Positions 52,101-61,100 of a DNA stretch of 64,000 nucleotides are shown piece by piece (position 1 is the stretch's first letter; every line of letters starts with the position of its first letter). The stretch is from Lytechinus pictus (lineage: Eukaryota): contig NC_087251.1 in assembly GCF_037042905.1 (NCBI RefSeq), positions 2,296,001 to 2,360,000 of the forward strand, written 5' to 3'. The notes under the pieces were generated by a model. The model was not told the DNA's origin. It saw only the letters and a list, made by a program, of their open reading frames with translations, and ran no database searches. The translations under genes were made by a program, and so were the position numbers.

Positions 52101-55100
52101 TCACACCCTATGGTTCCTTGAACCTCACTGCAGACACTCCTGGTTTATGTCTCTACTTATTGTACTCTACAAGGTAAGTCTTTAGAAGAAACCTTGAAAC
52201 CCACACCCTATGGTTCCTTGAACCTCACTGCAGACACTCCTGGTTTATGTCTCTACTTATTGTACTCTACAAGGTAAGTCTTTTGAAGAAACCTTAAAAC
52301 TCACACCCTATGGTTCCTTGAACCTCACTGCAGACACTCCTGGTTTACATGTATGTCTCTACTTATTGTACTCTACAAGGTAAGTCTTTAGAAGAAACCT
52401 TAAAACTCACACCCTATGGTTCCTTGAACCACACTGCAAACGCTCCTGGTTTATGTCTCTACTCATTGTACTCTACAAGGTAAGTCTTTAGAAGAAACCT
52501 TGAAACTCACACCCTATGGTTCCTTGAACCTCACTGCAGACACTCCTGGTTTATGTCTCTACTCATTGTACTCTACAAGGTAAGTCTTTAGAAGAAACCT
52601 TGAAACTCACACCCTATGGTTCCTTGAACCTCACTGCAGACACTCCTGGTTTATGTCTCTACTTATTGTACTCTACAAGGTAAGTCTTTAGAAGAAACCT
52701 TGAAACTCACACCCTATGGTTCCTTGAACCTCACTGCAGACACTCCTGGTTTATGTCTCTACTCATTGTACTCTACAAGGTAAGTCTTTAGAAGAAACCT
52801 TGAAACTCACACCCTATGGTTCCTTGAACCTCACTGCAGACACTCCTGGTTTATGTCTCTACTTATTGTACTCTACAAGGTAAGTCTTTAGAAGAAACCT
52901 TAAAACTCACACCCTATGGTTCCTTGAACCTCACTGCAGACACTCCTGGTTTATGTCTCTACTCATTGTACTCTACAAGGTAAGTCTTTTGAAGAAACCT
53001 TGAAACTCACACCCTATGGTTCCTTGAACCTCACTGCAGACACTCCTGGTTTATGTCTCTACTCATTGTACTCTACAAGGTAAGTCTTTAGAAGAAACCT
53101 TGAAACTCACACCCTATGGTTCCTTGAACCTCACTGCAGACACTCCTGGTTTATGTCTCTACTTATTGTACTCTACAAGGTAAGTCTTTTGAAGAAACCT
53201 TAAAACTCACATCCTATGGTTCCTTGAACCCCACTGCAGACACACTTGCACACCAGTATATAATTTTGATTACAATAAAAGATTTCATTATTGTGATATC
53301 TTTAGATGATCTCTCTATAAGCATGTTAAACTTATTTATTGGTATGGTATCGAAGTACTTAAGTAATCCTTGATCTGATATGGCAAGTAAGAATTTACAA
53401 TTAAGTAATACGGAGATCAAATAGTAGTATAACCTATTAATGATTCAAATCTTTAGAACTTGTATGAACTTATATAACCATTGGTTTTCCCTGCTTATTT
53501 TCTTAGTATTCCATAGACCAAGCTGAATTGAAGACCACACTGAAGGCTTTAGTGCGTATCACTATGAATGTATTAGAATCACAGCGTCATATCTGTAAAC
53601 CAAAGAGACCAGAACCACCACAACCAGAGGATATCTGGGGTGCTACCTTGCCCAACAAAAACAAATCAGGTATCAGATTGCCTATGATGATGGAATGAAA
53701 GAATGAAGTGTTGTCAGTAAAGTCATTCACATGGGATTACCTGTGAAGAAAATGTTGACCAATTCTTTGTGCAGCCACCAATAAAACTGTTAATACATTT
53801 CCCAATTTTTCTACACAGTCTATAATTCTCTGCAGTACAAGGTGACTTTTTTCATAAATCTGTAAAGAAAAATCTCAATTTTTTTAAAGAGAATTCTGGT
53901 TTAGCAAAATATATAATTTTGATGAATATTCTAACACACTTAGTAAACGTTTCTAGATTAAACTGATTTAGACTCAAGACTTTGCACTGAGTATTATGAA
54001 ATTTAAAGCTGGTGGGTGATTTTGGAAAGGTGATGTGGCAACCCATGAAATAATGGTAATTTCATGAATTATTGAAAAACAATGAAACAACACCTGCATA
54101 CATGTGTTAAAAATGTACTGTAAAGAAAAGAGCATGAGTAAAACTACATATATGAAGAATTTAGTTGCAAAAGGGGTTAGGTCCACTTTGGACCATTCCG
54201 AGAAAAACCATGTTTTTTTATTCTCAGTTATTGCAATATTCTTATGAGAAACTAAATTGTCATGATGTACTACCCTATCATGTGAACATAAAATTGGGTA
54301 TAAAAGAAATCTACCTGTCTTCAATTTTTTTTTCTATATATTCTTTTAAAAATTATTATTGTGGACCTAACCCCTTTTTGCAAGCAAACTGAAATGAATC
54401 CAATCTATTTTGATGAAAAATAAAGATTTTTCTTTGCCACTTTTATTAACGTTTTCATGTGAATTTCAAATTTTCTTTGTTTTCATCTGAGCGACTAAAA
54501 ATTTAGAGGTTTTGAGACAGAAAACAATAAAATTTATGAACAATGGACCTAACCCCTTTTGACAAATAAACACTTCAGAAGAGTTTGTTTGCAAAAGGGG
54601 TTAGGTCCACTCCAAGAAAATCATTTTTTTTCTTCCCATATTGCAATATTCTTATGCGAAACTAAATTTTCATGATATCCTACCATGAGAACATGAAATC
54701 GGGTATTAAAAAAATCTACCCGTCTTCATATTATTTAAAATATTCTTTTCCAAAAAAATTATGTGTGGACCTAACCCCTTTTGCAACCAAACTGAAAAGG
54801 ACCTAACCCCTTTTGAAAAAAAAAAGATATTTATTTGCCATTTTAGATCACTTTTTAATGGGAATTTCAACTTTTCTTTGGTATCATCTTATAGAGCTAC
54901 TAAAAATCTATACATTGAGAAAAAAAAATCAAATTTGATGAAAAATGGACCTAACCCCTTTTGCAAGTGAGCTCTTCATATCGTGCTTCATGCCATTCAT
55001 CAATACAAAGTAAGCCAGAGCCAGTAGTGGTGACAGTGATTGAACAGGGAAATGGTTAAAGGAGAATGAAACTCTTGGAGCAAGTTAGCTTTTGTGAAAG

Positions 55101-58100
55101 CAGAAAAATCAAAGAATAAGATCAACAAAAGTTTGAGTAAAATAGGACTAGCAATAGAAGAGTTATGAGCATTTGAATGTCGAGATCACTAATGCTATGG
55201 AGATCCTCCCATTGGCAATGTGACCAAGATCTATGATGTCACAGATGAACAACTCTCCCCTTTTGGACACTGAAAATATACCCCAAAACATCTCTTTTTG
55301 CTCATTCTAATCATATGACAAACGATTCATCCATGATATAATGTTGTGAAACCTCGGTACTTGTCCTCTCATAAAGAGAACACCTCACCTTGTGATAGAC
55401 TCTATAAAAGTGAGAATATATGTGAAATAAGTACTAAAGTAATGAGGAAGTTGTACGTGTGTGACATCACAGATCTTGGTCGCATTGCCAATCGGAGGAT
55501 CTACATGGCATTAGTGATCTCAATATTCAAATGCTCATAACTTTCTTATTATTCATTCAATCTTCCTCAGACTTTCAACAATATGTTTCTTTGATTTTTC
55601 TCTTTGATATGGATTCAGCTGGTTTCAAGGGTTTCATTCTCCTTTAATGTAGGGGCAAGATTACTAAGTTTATGTTTACATAACAGATTACGGTACCTAA
55701 AAGAAAGATCCTTGTAAAGTTGTATGGATTCTTCCTGCATTTATATATGAGCAAATTTTGATATAAATTACCTTTCAATTTTTCAGAGTCAAGCCTTCCT
55801 CGTGAGGATGATATCAGTGAGGAACTTGGTTCCATCTCATCAGTTGGTCCAAACACCCCTCTCCTTACCTCCACCACTACCACCACCACTGCTATCAAGA
55901 CCACTGAACCTAGCAGCCCACCAGGTGACACGCCCTCCTCTCCTACCCCTAGGGTGGAGTTTATTACCCCTGGTCAAGTTATTACTACTATCAGCAGTGG
56001 AGGTGGAGGTGGTAGAGGAACAGGTGGTGGAGTGGCTGTTCCCAAGGAGGATCCACGTGTACCCCAGCATCAGGAACTGGAGCTAGAGCCTGAGATGCTC
56101 TTTGTGTCAGAAGATGAGGTTATCAATCTACCTATCAACTCTTCAAGTAGGAACTTTGTTGCATCTACTATTCTTGAGGTAAGAACATCAAATTATGCAA
56201 TCAATCATGTTGAATACCTTTTTAAGCTTTCAACTGGGATATGGCATGCCAAATATATGTCTCAATATCAAGGTGAATTTGCAGATTTGTTGAACATATC
56301 AACTGAAAGAACACATTTTCAGGTCAAAGCATTTTTTTCCTTTATTTGAATTTAAATACAGTCATTGATTTCTTATTATTTCAAGAAATACTTTTTGCCT
56401 CATTTTTAGCTCATCCGGCCCGAAGGGCAAGATGAGCTTGTGGCGTGGCGTCCGTCGTCCGTCCACAATTTCAAAATGCTTCTTCTTCGCCATTTCAAGT
56501 CCGATTTCAATTCTGTTTGCATTATATGATAGCACTAGGTGGGGGATTCAAAACTTCTACACAGAATTTTGAAACTCATTAAATATGCTAATTTATGTGC
56601 ATTTTTCAAAATTCACAAAAAATGCTTCTTCTTTATTTGTTGACCGATTTTGAATTTTTTGCTTCCATCTAGTAGAGCTTCATTAGGTTCACCAAACTTC
56701 TACACAGGATTTTGAAATTTTGAGTATAACAATTTTTATGCTAATTTATGCGAAAATTAATTAATGCATATTTTTAAAAATTCACATAAAATGCTTCTTC
56801 TTCTGAATTTTTTGACCGATCTTGATTTTTTGTCTTCCAACTGGTAGAGCTTCATGAGGTTCACCAAACTTCTACACAGAATTTTGAGTAGAAAATTATT
56901 TATGCTAATTTATGCGAAATTCATAAATCACTGAAAATGCCTCTTTATTTGTTGACTGTATTTCAAAATGCTTCTTCTTCGTCATTTCAAGTCTGATTTC
57001 AATTCTGTTTGCTTTTTATGATAGCATTAGGTGGGGGATTCAAAACTTCTACATAAAATTTTGAAACTCATTAAATATGCTAATTTATGCGCATTTTTCA
57101 AAATTCACAAAAATGCTTCTTTATTTGTTGACCGATTTTGAATTTTTTGCTTCCATCTGGTAGAGCTTCATGAGGTTCACCAAAATTCTACACAGAATTT
57201 TGAAATTTTGAGTAGAACAATTTCTATGCTAATTTATGCGAAATTAATTTATGCATATTTTTAAAAATTCACATAAAATGCTTCTTCTGAATTTGTTGAC
57301 CGATTTTGATTTTTTTTCTTTCATCTGGTAGAGCGTCATGAGGTTCACCAAACTTCTACACAGAATTTTGAACTTTTGACTAGAAACTTTGTAATGCTAA
57401 TTTATGCGTATTTTTAAAAATTCATATAAAATGCTTCTTCTTTATTTGTTGACCATTTTTTTTTTTTTTTTCTTCCATCTGGTAGAGCTGCCTGGGGAAC
57501 ACCAAACTTGTACACAAAATTTTGAAATTTTGTCTAGAAAATTATTAATGCTAATTTATGCAAAATTTATTCATAAATCACAAAAAATGATTTTCTCCTT
57601 CATTTGTTGATCAGTTTCAATTTGTTTGCTTTATATGATAGCTCTAGGTGGTGATACAAAATTTCAACACAGAATTTTGAAACTCATTAATATGCTAATT
57701 TATTCATATATTTTCAAAACTCACAAAAAATACTTATTTATTTGTTTGATTGATTTTGATTATTTTTCTTCCATCTGAGAGCTACATGAGGTTCATCAAG
57801 GTTCTACACAAGAGTTAAGAAATTTTGACTAGAAAATTATTTATGCTGATTTATATGAAATTTATTCATGCTTCTATGTCATTTCTTCATCAATTTCAAT
57901 TCTATATCCTCAATCTATGTCACCAATATCATTCACTACAATGTCAACTGGGCTGAAATTAAAATTGTGTTAAATTTCGTTGCGAGATGCCGGATGAGCT
58001 CCACATCATTGATGTGCTAGTTGTTATGCTTAAATGATAATATTTCTGTTTTATGTAATTAACAGGAGCAAGTAACAATGCATAATGATATGATATTTTT

Positions 58101-61100
58101 TTTCAATGGAAATACAATTAAAACTTAAACAGCAACAAAATATGACTGGGGATTACCAAAAAGAAATTTCATATTAATATTTATCATATTAATGTTTAAA
58201 AAGTATCCCTATTCCAGTCATTTGTGAAGTCATGTATGACTTCAGTAACATTCAAATTCAATTCCACATTTATTTCCAAACGTAAAAGCATAAATACATT
58301 TATAAAACTTACAATACAATGTGATAAATGTACCATGACATATAGACAATAAGACATCTTTATAGAACACTTCAAACATATGTATTTATTTATTCATTTA
58401 TTCATTTGATTTAGGTTGAAGAAGAAGAAGAGCCTGAACCAGAGCTTGAGGTGGTAGAAGACTTTGAAATGATTCAACCTCTACAGACCTTAGACTCAGT
58501 AGTTGAACCTATCAAAGCTACTGCTACATTTGTAGCTGAGGAACCAATGAAAGCTACTCCTACCTTTGTAGCAGAGCAACCTGAGACTGTTACTCATACA
58601 GCAGCTCAGGTATATACTTTCTTCTAATAATCAATAGTGAAGTGGGATTTAATGATATCACATATGAACAGACATAGCAGGAGGAGGTTAATATCCTCTA
58701 AATTATATATCTTTAAAAGGTCTAAACATAACAAAACTAAAAAGATATACTAGTTCGTATTTCAATTTAGATAAGTTGCATGGTGTTTTGCCTTGTATAT
58801 TTCATAGAACATTATTCACTACTTTGCACTTTTATGCACAACATTTAAACCTATTCATATATGCAGAGATTTTCTGTGATAAGTACAAAGCTCAGACTAA
58901 TTATGAATGTATAGAAACCTATAAGTCCTTACAAGTTTTAAGATTTCAGTGTTGTACCTATTCTTAAATCTTTTACGACAGTTTGTAACTGAATTAGAGA
59001 CAGCTACTGTGCAGAGCCTGACTGTTGAACCTCAGGTCATTCAAGCTGCTACTGTCCAGACAGCTACCGTAGCAGAGACCAAACCTAAGACAATCCAACC
59101 AAAGTTCCGAACCAAGAAACGTCGAAAGATGGGTGTGGCCACCATCATGTCATCAAATCAGAGCAGTGGAGAGAACTCGCCAGCAGTAGGAGGGGGTGGG
59201 GATGGGGTGCAATTTGACCTTCCAGTAGATTCCCCTGGTGGTAGAGGAAAAGGAGGAGATAAGAATAAGAAGAGATCTCAAAAACTTAAAGAACAAGCAC
59301 AGAAATCACCAGAGAAGAGAAGCAGTGTCTACTCAGCAGTCAGACGATATCATGAAGATAAAAACTTTATGGCTCTTACCAAGTAAGTGTCAATCATCAC
59401 TTTTTCATCCAATGATTGATTGTAGACATCAAACCATGAAACACACACAAAGCAAACTTAATGTTAAACTGGAAATGAGTGTATGAAAAAATTCTGCGAA
59501 TTGGAGTCGCTACTCTGATCAAATTAAGGTTCCACTGGTTTTTTTGTCTCGCCTGCATAGCAGAGCGAGACTATAGGCGCCGCTTTTCCGGCGGCGGCGG
59601 CGTCAACATCAAATCTTAACCTAAATTTTTTAAATGACATCATAACTTAGAAAGTATATGGACCTAGTTCATGAAACTTGGACATAAGGTTAATCAAGTA
59701 TTACTGAACATCCTGCCTGAGTTTCAGGTCACATGACTAAGGTCAAAGGTCATTTAGGGTCAATGAACTTAGACCATGTTGGGAGAATTATTTTCAAAAT
59801 CTTAACCGAAGGTTAAGTTTTTGAAATGACATCATAACTTAGAAAGTATATGGACCTAGTTCATGAAACTTGGGCATAAGGTTAATCAAGTATTAGCGAA
59901 CATCCTGCTCGAGTTTCAGGTCACATGACCAAGGTCAAAGGTCATTTAGGGTCAATGAACTTTGGTCAAGTTGGGGGTATTTGTTGAATTACTATCATAA
60001 CTTTGAAAATTTATGGATCTAGTTCATGAAACTTGGACATAAGGTTAATCAAGTATTAGTGAACATCCTTCCTGAGTTTCAGGTCACATGACCAAGGTCA
60101 ATGGTCATTTAGGGTCAATGAACTTTGGCCAAGTTGGGGGTATTTGTTGAATTACCTTCATAACTTTGAAAATTTATGGATCTAGTTCATGAAACTTGGA
60201 CATTAGGTTAATCAAGTACCACTGAATATCCTGTGCGAGTTTCAGGTCACATGACCATGGTCAATGGTCATTTAAGGTCAATGAACTTTGGCCGTTTTGG
60301 GGGTCTTTGTTAAATTACCATCCTAACTCTGAAGGTTTATGGATCTACTTCATAAAACTTGGACATAAGAGTAATCGAGTATCACTGAACATCCTGTACG
60401 AGTTTCAGGTCACATGACCATGGTCAAAGGTCATTTAAGGTCAATGAACTTTGGCCGTGTTGGGGGTATATGTTGAATTACCATTCTAACTCTGAAGTTT
60501 ATGGATCTATTTCATAAAACTTAGGATATAAGAGTAATCAAGTATCACTGAACATCCCCTGTGAGTTTCAGGTCACAAAACCAAGGTCAAAGGTCAGTTA
60601 AGGTCAATAAACTTAGGTCATGTTGGGGTAATTGTTGAATTGCCATCATAACTTTGAAAGTTTATGGATAGAGTGAATGAAATGTGGACATGGGTGTAGT
60701 TGACAAGTCTTAAGTCACCGTTCAAATGTCATCTATGGTCAATGAACGTGGTATTATGTCATTATATGAATGGTGTTTTTGTGAATGATTATCTTACAGT
60801 AGTTTTCAAAGTTAGCACTGCTGCTATATTAAATCGCGTAATGCAGGCGAGACTGCCAGAGGCGTTCCACTTGTTTTGTGTGTGTGTGTGTTTATTGGTA
60901 TGTATGGGTTTGATTCTTAAATCTTTCGCATAGAGTTCATAACATATTCCAAATGCTTTGGGTAAATTGCTGTTGGATATACAATTATTCTTCACAGTTC
61001 TCATAGTTTTGGTAATTATGTAGACAGACACACAAAAAGTGAGTATTCCTCTTTGTGCAATGGTACGGTATCTTGCAATAGGTGAGAGACTCAATTAAAC

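Noticed and set aside
48897..53243. CRISPR array
   Set aside because: Units are near-identical over their whole length with no unique spacers, there are no cas genes, and the locus is a eukaryotic intron
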